The notes: generated from the sequence alone by a model not told the origin. Positions 8,900 through 22,657 are shown, counted from the first letter of the stretch. The stretch is 32,000 nt of DNA from Mesoplasma florum L1 (GCF_000008305.1 NC_006055.1:30001-62000), one strand, 5' to 3'. Numbers and translations are program-made.

Positions 8900-10035
8900 T
8901 GAGAAAAAAAATAAACTTGCTATTTTTAAGCATGATACTTACTTTAATAGCTTTTTTGTCTATTTTAACAGTTTCTTGTGGAACTAAAATAAAAGAAATT
9001 ACCGGCAATGTTTCATTTTATGTATTATCAATTGGAAGTGGAAATTTTACTTTTTTAGAAAAAGATGGTCATGCAGTTGTAATGGATTCTGGGGTTGGTA
9101 TTGGTGAAAATAACAATGGAGATTCAATTGATTCAATATCATCAGAAACATTTGCTTTAAATAACGGAAGTTGAGTAACTGCAAATCCAAGGGATGGTAA
9201 AGCAATTACAGATTTTATGAAGAATACAGCTGGAGTTCAAGTTATTGATGCTATATTTATTTCGCACAAACATTCAGATCATTATAGTGCTTTAAAATAT
9301 CTTGTTCAGGAATTTGAAGTAGGAACTGTTATTGCTCCTACAGATAGTGCAGGTTTAGAAAAAGCAATCAGAGGTTACCAACCAAAAGGTCAAATGCCAG
9401 TAGTTGATACAAATTTTTCGAAGACTTATGAATTTTTAGGTGGAACATTTGAAAATTTAACAGCATATTCTTCAAAAAATGTTGTTAAAAGTTTATACAC
9501 AACAGATGATCCAAATGCCAATAGTATGGTTTTAAGATTTAAGGTAAATGGTAAAACATTTTTATTACCTGGAGATATGGAAAATACTTCAAAAGTTATG
9601 AGCGACAAAAAATTTTTAAAAGCAGTTTCATCACAACCTGTGGACTTTTATTTACTTGCTCATCATGGGTCAACAAATGGGGCCACTGAATTAACACCAT
9701 TAATTGGTAATAAAGAACGCTCTCCAGAACATATAATAATATCTGGTACAGATAATATTGATGGTTTTGAAAATTGATCAGGACAAAGAAATGCAGTGAG
9801 CAATTCAAAAACTCCTGTTGGTGAAGTTTTAAAAACATATGGTATGAAAAAAGAACCTTATGTATACATAACAGGCTCAGTTTTAACTGAAACTTTAAAT
9901 GATTTTCCTGACATAGTTGATAAAGATAATGTAAAATCAACGTTTGAATATAAATTCTCTGATAACAAATGAAATTTTATAGTTCATGATGAAAATATTT
10001 CAAATGGGTTTAATCAACAGTTAATTACTAAATAA
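8899..10035 (+). CDS. Metallo-beta-lactamase-fold (ComEC/Rec2-like) lipoprotein (378 aa)
   Basis: Signal peptide with lipobox LTVSCG. HKHSDH motif, then LLPGDMEN and LLAHHGSTNGA, typical of the ComEC MBL domain. Shares one nucleotide with the preceding stop codon. Confidence 0.87.
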
Positions 10036-10038
10036 ATA

Positions 10039-10080
10039 ATTAAAAAGTTTTGTTCATGTTTGAATAAAACTTTTTAATTT
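10039..10080 (+). terminator. Intrinsic terminator
   Basis: 13-bp perfect stem attaaaaagtttt (10039-10051) / aaaactttttaat (10066-10078). Confidence 0.8.
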
Positions 10081-10144
10081 GTTTTATAAGTTTTGTTGTT
10101 TGAATTTTATTTTGTTAAAATAAATAAAAGAAAAGAGTGATTTT

Positions 10145-10462
10145 ATGCCAATCTTAAAATTCAACGGTACTACTGAAGAAAAAGTAAAAGAATATTCAAA
10201 AAAAATAAACGAGATAGCTGACTTAATTGTTTCAAAGCCTGAAGCAATTTTAATGATGGTTAACAACAACAATATTTTTGTAGCTAAAAACACAAATAAA
10301 AGAATTTATGTTGAAGTAGACTGACTTAAAAGATCTGAAGAATCAAGAGTTTTATTAGTTCAACACTTAACCAATTTTTTTGGTAACCAAGGGGTTAATG
10401 TATCTGTAAAATTTACTGAAATAAATAATGACTTATACGTTAATAACGAAAAAAGAGGATAA
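10145..10462 (+). CDS. Small conserved protein, DUF1904-like (105 aa)
   Basis: MPILKFNGTTEEKVKEYSKKINEIADLIVSKPEAILMVNNNNIF...; short intergenic gap to dusB. Confidence 0.55.
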
Positions 10463-10464
10463 GT

Positions 10465-11442
10465 ATGAAAATAGGAAATGTAGAAATAAAAGGTAAATTA
10501 GTTCAAGGGCCAATGGCTGGTGTATCTAATCCACCATTTAGATTAATATCAAAAGAAAAAGGTGCTGATTTAGTTTGTGCTGAAATGGTTTCTGTAGAAG
10601 GAATGACACATAACAACAAAAAAACATTTAGCATGTTAGCAGTTGAAAAAAAAGAACACCCAATGAGTATGCAAATTTTTGGGAATGATGTTGAATCATT
10701 TATTGTGGCGACAAAGTGAATTGATGAAAATGTTGATTGTGACATTATAGATTTAAACATTGGTTGTCCTGCACCAAAAGTAGCTGTTAGATCAGCGAGT
10801 GGATCAAGTTTATTAAAGACACCGGAATTAATATATGACATTGTAAAAGCAGTTGTTGAAAATACATCAAAGCCAGTTACTGCAAAAATTAGATTAGGTT
10901 GAGATAAAGAAAGTGTTAATGCTGTTGAAGTTTCTAAATTAATTGAAAAAGCAGGAGCTAGCGGAATTACTGTTCATGGAAGAACAAGAAGTGAATTTTA
11001 TTCAGGCCATGCAGATTGAGAAAAAATAAAAGAAGTTAAAGAAGCTGTAAATATTCCAGTTATTGGTAATGGTGATGTTATTGACGGGCCAAGCGCAAAA
11101 GCAATGTTAGAATTAACTGGTTGTGATGGAGTAATGATTTCAAGAGGATGCCAAGGTAATCCTTGAATTTTTAGAGAAATTGCACACTTTTTAGAGACAG
11201 GTGAAGAATTAGATAAGCCAAGTTTTGCAGAATGAAAAGAAACAGTATTGAAGCATGCTAAAATGTTAATAGATTATAAACAAGACGAAGGTAGTGCAAT
11301 TAGAGAATTTAGAAAACATTTAACTTGATATTTTGCAGCATTGCCAAAAACAGAAATTTTAAATCAGTTAAAAGAAGAAGCAAATAAGATTAACACATTT
11401 AGTGATTTAGAAAATATTATAGAAAAGTATAAAGAGGTATAA
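10465..11442 (+). CDS. dusB: tRNA-dihydrouridine synthase (325 aa)
   Basis: QGPMAGVSNPPFR, CAEMVSVEGM, DIIDLNIGCPAPKV, ITVHGRTR, IGNGDVIDG, GVMISRGCQGNPWIF. Confidence 0.93.
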
Positions 11443-11443
11443 A

Positions 11444-12943
<1,500 letters not shown>

Positions 12944-12951
12944 TATGTTAA

Positions 12952-12976
12952 AAAACAAACCTTAATGGTTTGTTTT
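12952..12976. terminator. Bidirectional intrinsic terminator between convergent genes
   Basis: aaaacaaacc / ggtttgtttt 10-bp stem, loop ttaat; lies between lysS(+) and the nagB-like gene (-). Confidence 0.85.
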
Positions 12977-12978
12977 CT

Positions 12979-13698
12979 TTATGCATTGGCTATACTGTTA
13001 GCTTCTTCGTCTAATATTAAGGTAAAGAAAGGATGTAGTGTTAATATTGAAGAAGGAACTTTTTCAATAACTGGACCATTAACAATTTGATCAATAACCT
13101 CAGCTTTGCCTTTTCCATTTGCAATCATAATAATATTTCTTGCAGCCATAATATCTCTAGGTCCCATTGTTACAAACTGATCATGAAATAAGTTTAGGTC
13201 TAGTTTAGGAACGCTAATATTTCCTTCTAAGTCAATATTATTTATAAGTCTTGTTTTGTCACCAAATTTTGTAACACCAGACATGTTTCCACAAAAATGA
13301 CCATCTATACCAATTCCCAAAAGAACGACATCTAGACCACCATCTTTGTATAATTGATCTATATATTCTTTATAATTTAGAACATTTAGTCTATGAATAT
13401 TTTTTTGTTTAATTTTTGCTTTGCTAAAAAGCAATTCTTCTAAATCTTTACTGGTAATACCTGTTGAAAGGTCATTTCTAAAAGGCACTTCATCAAAGTT
13501 ATAGAAGTGTATTTTATCTAAGTATGCAAGTTCATTTAAAATACTTATTATTTTTGAGTAAAATAGTTTTGGACTATTACCACCAGTTACAGAAACATTA
13601 ATTCGCTCTTTGTGCTTATTTTTTTCAAGTATTTCCATGAAAGCTTCAATTGTTTTATCGGTCATGCTTTCATAATCTTTTGTTTTTATTATTTTCAT
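12979..13698 (-). CDS. NagB/SugarP-isomerase-family protein (glucosamine-6-phosphate deaminase-like, 239 aa)
   Basis: SVTGGNSPKLFY, YNFDEVP, VLLGIGIDGHFCGNMSG, MGPRDIMAA motifs. Confidence 0.82.
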   Translation of the reverse strand: MKIIKTKDYESMTDKTIEAFMEILEKNKHKERINVSVTGGNSPKLFYSKIISILNELAYLDKIHFYNFDEVPFRNDLSTGITSKDLEELLFSKAKIKQKNIHRLNVLNYKEYIDQLYKDGGLDVVLLGIGIDGHFCGNMSGVTKFGDKTRLINNIDLEGNISVPKLDLNLFHDQFVTMGPRDIMAARNIIMIANGKGKAEVIDQIVNGPVIEKVPSSILTLHPFFTLILDEEANSIANA

Positions 13699-13809
13699 AT
13701 GTTTACCTCTTTGTATATAATTAATATAAGTTTTAATTTATTGAAATGTGTAAAAAATATTTTTTAAGTAAACTACTTTACTAATCTAAAATTTATTTCT
13801 AGGAGGATT

Positions 13810-14535
13810 ATGGAAAATTTTTACGAAAAACTAGAGTATCTATCAAAAGGTTATGTTGATTCTGCTTATAAAAATATGTCAGTAAGTTTATTGTCATCAA
13901 TTAGGAATGGGAATTTTAAAAAATCAAAAGAGTTGGCCGAAGAATGTTTTGTAAGTGAATCAACTGTTACAAAGTTTAGTAAGTACTTGGGTTTTTCTGG
14001 ATATAGAGAAATGATATTTTTTTTAAAAGAAGACCATAATTCTTTTTTTGTTAAAAAGACAACTAAAAAAAATAAGAATTTTTCTAGCTTAATAGAATGA
14101 ATATCATTGCATGAAGACTTTATTGATAAATTATGCAAAGCAATTGAAGTAAAGAATGTACAAGTTAATATATTTGGCTCATATCAGTTACAGGAATCTA
14201 TTAGTTTATTGAATAAACTTTTACTTTCATTTGACATTGATTCTAAAATACTTTATCAAAATGTTTTATTTGCTAACACTAAAATTTCAAAGCAAGCTGT
14301 AAACATTATATTTTTTTCTGGAAGAGATAACGAAACTTTAGAAATATTTTTGCAAGAAATAAATAAAAGCAAAAAGCAAATAAAAAACTTTTTAGTTATT
14401 AGTGAAAAACAAAAGAATAAAGTTAAGTTTGAATGCGAACAAATACAATTTAGTCAGGATCATTCTTTTGTTAACAGAAACTTATCTGTTATGATGATGT
14501 GTCATGAAATAGCAAATAAATTGTCGTTAAAGTAA
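13810..14535 (+). CDS. RpiR-type (MurR/RpiR family) transcriptional regulator (241 aa)
   Basis: N-terminal HTH KSKELAEECFVSESTVTKFSKYLGFSGYREM; divergent from the NagB-like gene and just upstream of PTS genes. Two ORF-track fragments joined through TGA. SD aggagg. Confidence 0.85.
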
Positions 14536-14546
14536 TTATTAAATAA

Positions 14547-14592
14547 AGACAAGTACTTTACAAAAAGTAGGGCTTGTTTTTTTTTTTTTTTT
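14547..14592 (+). terminator. Intrinsic terminator
   Basis: Imperfect hairpin acaagtac...gtagggcttgt followed by a run of at least 15 T. Confidence 0.65.
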
Positions 14593-14648
14593 GCTTTCTC
14601 CAAAATAGAACAATAAATTGGAAAATATTATTGAAAGGAAATAAAAAT

Positions 14649-17225
14649 ATGGAAATTAAAATATATGCTCCCGTAAATTGTGAAGTTAAATCAATGCAAA
14701 AATGCAGTGACCCAACTTTTGCAGGAAAAATGCTAGGTGACGGAATCGTTATTGAACCCAAGAATAATGTTTTCACATCTCCATTTGAAAATGCAACATG
14801 CACAATGGTTTTCGAGACAAAACACGCGTACGGTTTTGAAGTTCAAGGTTGTGAGTTCTTAATTCACTGTGGAATAGACACTGTTAATTTAAATGGAAAA
14901 CCATTCAAAACTAATTTACGACAAAATATGTCTGTAAAATTAGGTGATCAAATTTTTTCAGTTGATTTAAAATCAATTAGAGAAAATAACCTTTCAACAG
15001 AAACACCTATAATTTTTACAAGTACAGATAAAAAAATAAAAATTAAAAAATTCAAAGAAGGAACTTATAAAAAAGGAGAATTAATTTGTGTTTTTGAGGT
15101 TACTTCTGAAATAAAAAAGAAAGCTAAAATCGAAAAAGAAAATGAAGATATTATTAAATTTGAAAGTAAGTATGCAAAAACAGCAAAAGAGTTCATTGAA
15201 CTAGTTGGTGGTAGACAAAACTTTTCTGATGTTTATAACTGTATGACAAGACTTAGATTCAAAATTAAAAATAAGGATCTTGTTGATTCAACCAAAATAG
15301 AAAAAAACTCTATTGTAAAAGGAATCAATTGAAATGGTTCAGAATTACAAGTTATTATTGGAGGTGAGTGCTACAAAGTTAAAGATGAAATTTTAAAACT
15401 TGATAATGCTCAAGTTGAAATATCATCACAAGGCACTGAAGAAATTGCAACTTCAACTTTATCTCAAAAAATATTTGCAGCCATTGCAGGTATTATGGCG
15501 CCCAACATTCCTATTTTAATGAGTGCAGGTATAATCGCTGCAATTTATTCAATACTAAATACTATTGGTGTAACAGTAGATTTAGGTAGTGGAGATAAAA
15601 CAATTGAAGCAGATATGCTGTCATTAATATTGTTCGTATTATCTAAATCAGGAATTTTACTAATTGGTGTGTTCTTTTGTTATAACACAACCAAATATTT
15701 TGGTGGAGACCCATTATATGGTTTGTTAATAGGAATAATATTAGCATCTAGATTCTTTATGGGAACAGGTGCTGAATCAAATGCTATAACTAATCCATCA
15801 GAATATGAATTTGGTAAATTTATAATGGATGCACAATTTGGTTCTAGAGGATGATACTTATTCTCAATTTCAAATTATCCAATTGTTATTAAATCTTATG
15901 AAGGTAGTGTTCTACCTTATCTAGCAGCAGGTATTATGGCTGTTTATATTGACATTTGAGTAAAAAAATGAATGCCAGCAGCAATTGATATTGTGTTTAG
16001 AGCAGCAATAGTTGTTGTTCTAACAGTAGTTCCTGTTTTATTTGTAATTGGACCGGCGTTATCATTAGTTGAATTTGGTATGACATATGTTGTAAAAGGG
16101 CTGGGATATATTCCGCTTGGAATAGGTGTAGGTTTATTTGCGATGATATGACAACCACTTGTTTTAACAGGGGTTCACGTGGGAGTGGCAATGACATTGT
16201 TAATTCCATTAATGACTCAACAAGAACCAAGTATATTCTTACCAGCATTGCAGATCGCTGTATTTGCTCAAGTAGGAGCCTGTTTAGGAGTTGCAATTCT
16301 AACTAAAAACCCAATGGAAAGAAGAGTAGCATTAGGAGCAATACCAGGAGGGGTATTTGGTATTACAGAACCAATTATTTACTCAACTAACTTGCCTAAA
16401 GTGAAACCTTTCTTAGTAGGTTGTGTTGCTGCCTTTGTAGGTGGAACAATTTCAGGTATTATTGGTATTGCTCAAGTTAACCCAGGTGCAGCACAGGGAT
16501 TCTTATACATCCTTGGTGTTGATGGTTTAACAAATCAACTATTACTTGCTCTGATCTTTGTTATAACAGTTGCAGTTGCTTTAGGACTTATGTTCTTAAC
16601 ATATTCACAAAAAGTAAATGAAACAAAATACTCACAAAAATTAAATAAAAAAATTGATTCAATTTTAAAAAATACAAAATTATCAGAAAAAGCTAAAAAA
16701 GAAATAAATGAAAAACTTTTAGCAATTACAGAAATGTTTAAAGAAAACAAAGAAGCTTATTTAAAATATGAAAAATACATTCAAAATATTTCAAAATTTG
16801 AAGCTTCATTAATTTCACTAGAAGAAAAAGAAGAAAAACATAAAACTAAATTATTTAACAGAGTTAATAAATTGAAAAAAGCTAAAAAACAAAATGCAGA
16901 ACTAGTTAAAAAAGCAATTGCTGAATTTAATTCTTATAGTTTAGAACAAGAAAAACAAAAAATAGCTGACGAAAAAGAAAATTACATTAAAGAAAATGCT
17001 GAATTAGTTTTAATTTATGAAAAAGCTAAAAAACAAAATGAATTAAGTATTCAGAAATATATTGATTATATTCAAAATCAAGAAACTGTTTCTGAGTTGG
17101 CTAACTATTCAAAACTTTATTCAAATGCCTTAAACAGTGTTGAAATTGGATATGGTTTACAAGATAAAGTCGTTTATAAAATGCCAAAAGAATTTAAAGT
17201 AAAATTAAAAAATAAAGAGGTGTAA
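14649..17225 (+). CDS. PTS beta-glucoside-type transporter subunit EIIABC with a C-terminal coiled-coil extension (858 aa)
   Basis: IIA motif EFLIHCGIDTV, IIB motif YNCMTRLRF, IIC motifs (FGITEPIIYSTN, PLVLTGVHVG). Domain order A-B-C. Four fragments in frame 0. Confidence 0.92.
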
Positions 17226-17226
17226 T

Positions 17227-18678
17227 ATGAAATTTGAAAAAAAAGATTTTTTATGAGGAGGTGCAACTTCAGCTTCTCAAGTTGAAGGAGCTTTTGATGC
17301 GGAAGGGAAATCATTAACAATTGCAGAAATGAGACCTTTCAATCCAAACCTAGATAGAAAAAGCGTAGATGAATTAAATAAATATACAAGATCTGATTAT
17401 GAGAAATCAATTGATAATAAAGATAACCTTCATTATCCAAAAAGAATTGGCATTGATTTTTATCACAGATATAAAGAAGATATAGCTTTATTCAAAGAAG
17501 CAGGAATGAACATTTATAGAATGTCAATTGCTTGATCAAGAATATTTCCTAATGGTGATGAAGCACAACCAAATGCAGCAGGTATTAAATTTTATAAAGA
17601 TGTATTTGAAGAATGCAAAAAAAATGGAATGGAAGTAATGTTAACTATTCAACATTATGATGTACCATATCCAATAACAAAAAAATATGGTGGTTGATCA
17701 AACAAAAAAGTTATTGATTTATACATTAAATTTGCAACAGTTATTATGAAAGAATACAAAGACTTAGTTAAATATTGATTACCATTCAATGAAATCAACG
17801 TAGCTACATTAGCTCCAACAACAGGTTTAGGTATTTTTAGAGAAGACTTTGATACTACTGAAGATTATAAAAATGCTTCATGACAAGGTTTACATAATCA
17901 ATTTTATGCCCAAGCAAAAGTTATTGAGCTAGCAAAATCTATTTCAAGCAATATTAAAATTGGGTGTATGGTTGCTAACATGACAACATACTCATCAGAT
18001 TGTAACCCTGTAAATATTTGAGAAAATTTAGCTACTCAACAAATGCAAAGATATTTCTACTATGATGTAATGGTAAAAGGAGATTATCCATCATATTCAA
18101 AAAGATATTTCAAAGAAAATAATATTAAATTTGAAACAACTCCTGAAGAAATGGAAGTAATTAAAAATAATAATATTCAATATATTACATTTAGTTACTA
18201 TATGACATCAACAATTTCAAAAGAATTAAAAGATGCAGCAGGTGGTAATTTAATGATGGGTGGAAAAAACCCATTCTTAAAAGCAACTGAATGGGGATGA
18301 CAAATTGATCCTATTGGTTTAAGAATAACTTTAAATGAACTATGAGATAGATATCAATTGCCTTTATTCATTTCAGAAAATGGAATTGGTGTAATTGAAA
18401 CTTTAAATGAAAATAACACAGTTGATGATGATTATAGAATAGAATATCTATCAAAACATTTTGAACAAATAAACGAAGCAATTAAAGATGGGGTTGATGT
18501 ATTTGGTTATACAATGTGAACTCCAATTGATGTTGTTAGTTTATCAACAAATGAAATGTCAAAAAGATATGGTTTAATATTTGTTGATTATGATGATTAT
18601 CATAAAGGAACTGGAAATAGATTTAAAAAGAAATCATTTGAGTGATTCAAAAACTTTATAAAAACAAAAGAATTATAA
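17227..18678 (+). CDS. 6-phospho-beta-glucosidase, glycoside hydrolase family 1 (483 aa)
   Basis: FLWGGATSASQVEGAF, YRMSIAWSRIFPNG, LPFNEIN (acid/base), LFISENGIG (nucleophile). Confidence 0.95.
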
Positions 18679-18682
18679 AAAT

Positions 18683-18708
18683 AAAAAACTTTCTTAGGAA
18701 AGTTTTTT
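18683..18708. terminator. Bidirectional intrinsic terminator
   Basis: aaaaaactttc / gaaagtttttt stem between convergent genes. Confidence 0.88.
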
Positions 18709-18711
18709 GTC

Positions 18712-19365
18712 TTAATATATTTTATTTTTCAACGGTGTTAATGTATAACAAATAATTGGTATTGTTATCAAATATAATAGTAAATCAAATACAGAGTTAA
18801 CTGCATTAACACTCATTGAATATATTCAAACCCCTTGACCTTCAGGGGCATATTGTCCATAAAATAAAACGCCCGCAAAAGTTTTTGATCAGAAGCCTAA
18901 AAATGAATAAATTATTATAACTAATATAAAAACCCATCTATTTAAAATTCATAAACTAATTCTTTTAACGTTGAATTTAACTCTGTCTCAAAATTTTAAA
19001 TTTACATTTGCTTTTTCTAAATATTGTTTGTACTCTCTTGGAATAAAAACACTGCATAAAGCAACTAAAAGAAGCGGAATAAAATAATCAAATAAATATG
19101 CCAAAGGAATTGCTGAATCGTAGTTTGCAGGCATGAAGAATGCTATTATACCTGCCAAGAAAACAACAATTAGTGTTCGTAATCAATCTGTATAACAAGC
19201 TAAAACAAATAATGGTATAAATTGTAAATTTAATGTTATAAAAAATGGCGGTATACTATATCCCGCTATTAAATTTAATACTAAATACAAAGATAACATC
19301 AAACCCATAACAGCAATATCTTTTGTTGTTATCTTTTTAATGCTCAAATAAAAATATCTTTTCAT
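18712..19365 (-). CDS. ThiT-like thiamine ECF transporter S component (217 aa)
   Basis: Reverse-strand table-4 translation MKRYFYLSIKKITTKDIAVMGLMLSLYLVLNLIAGYSIPPFFITLNLQFIPLF...YILTPLKNKIY, hydrophobic throughout. The TPP riboswitch directly upstream points to thiamine. Confidence 0.8.
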
Positions 19366-19410
19366 GTAAAAGAACCTCCTACATAAAAAGACAGAAAAAA
19401 TATTTTAGGA

Positions 19411-19495
19411 CTTCCTACGCTAGTATTAACTAGATCAGGTTCTAAGAGTATTTCTCAAGCTTTCGCTACCTCTGCCTTCTTACTCTTTAATAGTA
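19411..19495 (-). promoter_or_regulatory. TPP (thi-box) riboswitch
   Basis: Minus strand: ...GCTTGAGAAATACTCTTAGAACCTGATCTAGTTAATACTAGCGTAGGAAGT, matching the TPP core (CUGAGA / ACCUGAUCUGGAUAAUGCCAGCGUAGGGAAGU). Confidence 0.96.
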
Positions 19496-19556
19496 GCATT
19501 TTATTTTAAAAAAATAATTTGTTTTTTGGTAAAATTATAAATAACAATAATTATAG

Positions 19557-21099
<1,543 letters not shown>

Positions 21100-21101
<2 letters not shown>

Positions 21102-21124
21102 TGGCTTTATAAGCCATTTTTTTA
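21100..21124 (+). terminator. Intrinsic terminator
   Basis: aatggctt tat aagccatt followed by T tract right after the metG stop. Confidence 0.85.
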
Positions 21125-21145
21125 ATATTAAACAAGGATAAAAGT

Positions 21146-21173
21146 TTGCTATTAAGCCCATAGAGAGTATAAT
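21146..21173 (+). promoter_or_regulatory. Promoter, -35 TTGCTA / -10 TATAAT
   Basis: TTGCTA 21146-21151, 16-nt spacer, TATAAT 21168-21173, upstream of nox. Confidence 0.5.
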
Positions 21174-21297
21174 AAATATAGGAATATTTTTTATTTTTTT
21201 ATGTTATTTTTGAAAAATTTTCCAAAATTGTATAAATTTACACACTTTATTGGATATTTATTCCAATAAATAAAAATTATTAAGAGGAGTTATAAAT

Positions 21298-22656
21298 ATG
21301 AAAGTTATTGTTTTAGGTACTAACCATGCAGGAACAACTGCAGTTAGAACATTAAAAAGACTTAACCCAGAAATCGAAGTTACTACTTATGATAGAAATG
21401 ATGTTATTTCATTTTTAGGATGTGGAATCGCTTTATGAGTTAAAGGTGAAGTTAAAGATCCAAATGGATTATTTTACGCAACACCAGAAATTTTAGAATC
21501 AGAAGGAATCAATGTAAAAATGAAACATGAATGAGTTTCAATTGATGCTGATAAAAAAACTGTTTTAATTAAAAACTTAGAAACAGGTGAAACATTCGAA
21601 GACAATTACGATAAAGTTATTGTTGCAACAGGTACATGACCTTTATTACCACCAATCCCAGGATTAGACTTAAAAGGTGTACAAATTTGTAAAAACTATG
21701 ACCATGCTAAAAAAATTCAACAAGCAAACCTAGATGATTCAATCAAAAAAGTTACTGTTGTAGGAGCTGGATATATTGGAGTTGAATTAGTTGATGCATT
21801 TGTTGCTCATGGTAAAGAAGTTACATTAGTTGACTTTGCTGATAGAATCATGCCAGTATACTATGATGCAGAATTTACAAAACACGTTGAAGAAAGAATG
21901 GAAAAAGCTGGAGTTAAATTAGCTTTAAGCCAAGGTGTTAAAGAATTTAAAGGTGCTAATGGAAAAGTTACACATGTTGTTACTGACAAAGAAGAAATTC
22001 CAACTGATTACGTAATCTTCTCAGTTGGTGTAGTTGCTCAAACTAAACAATTAGAAGGTGTTGTTGAATTAAATGACAGAAAAGCTATTTTAACAAATGA
22101 ATACTGTCAATCATCAAACCCAGATATTTATGCAATTGGAGATTGTTCAACAGTTTTCAATAAAGCATTAAACATGGAAATGCCAATTCAATTAGCAACT
22201 ACTGCAGTTAGAACAGGTATTCTTGCAGCAGCAAATATTGTTAATGGAAATAAATTAGCATCACCAGGTTTCACAGGAGCAAATGGTATTGAAGTATTTG
22301 GATTTAAAATGGCTTCAGCTGGTGTAAGTGAAACAAGTGCTAAAAAAATGGGATTAGATTATGAAGCAATTTTATTATCTGATTCAGACCGTCCAGAATT
22401 TATGTCAACTTATAAAGAAGCTTGAATTAAATTAGTATGAGACAAAAAAACCAGAAAAATTATTGGAGCTCAAGTAGCTAGTGAAAATAACCATACAGAA
22501 ATTATGTATATGCTTTCATTAGGAATTCAAAAAGAATTAACTATTGATGAATTGCCATTAGTTGATATATTCTTCTTACCTCACTTCAACAAGCCATACA
22601 ACTTTGTTACATTAGCAGGTTTAGAAGTATTAGGATTAAATTACTTTAAAAAATAA
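21298..22656 (+). CDS. nox: NADH oxidase, FAD-dependent pyridine nucleotide-disulfide oxidoreductase family (452 aa)
   Basis: MKVIVLGTNHAGTTAVRTLK, redox Cys in ISFLGCGIALW, VTVVGAGYIGVELVDAF, DIYAIGDCS. SD aagagg. Confidence 0.93.
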
Positions 22657-22657
22657 G

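Noticed and set aside
10084-10293. Minus-strand 69-aa ORF, and 10036-10144 considered as a possible RNA gene.
   Set aside because: The ORF overlaps the DUF1904-like gene antisense. The intergenic region is explained by a strong terminator and an AT-rich leader; no tRNA or riboswitch fold was found.
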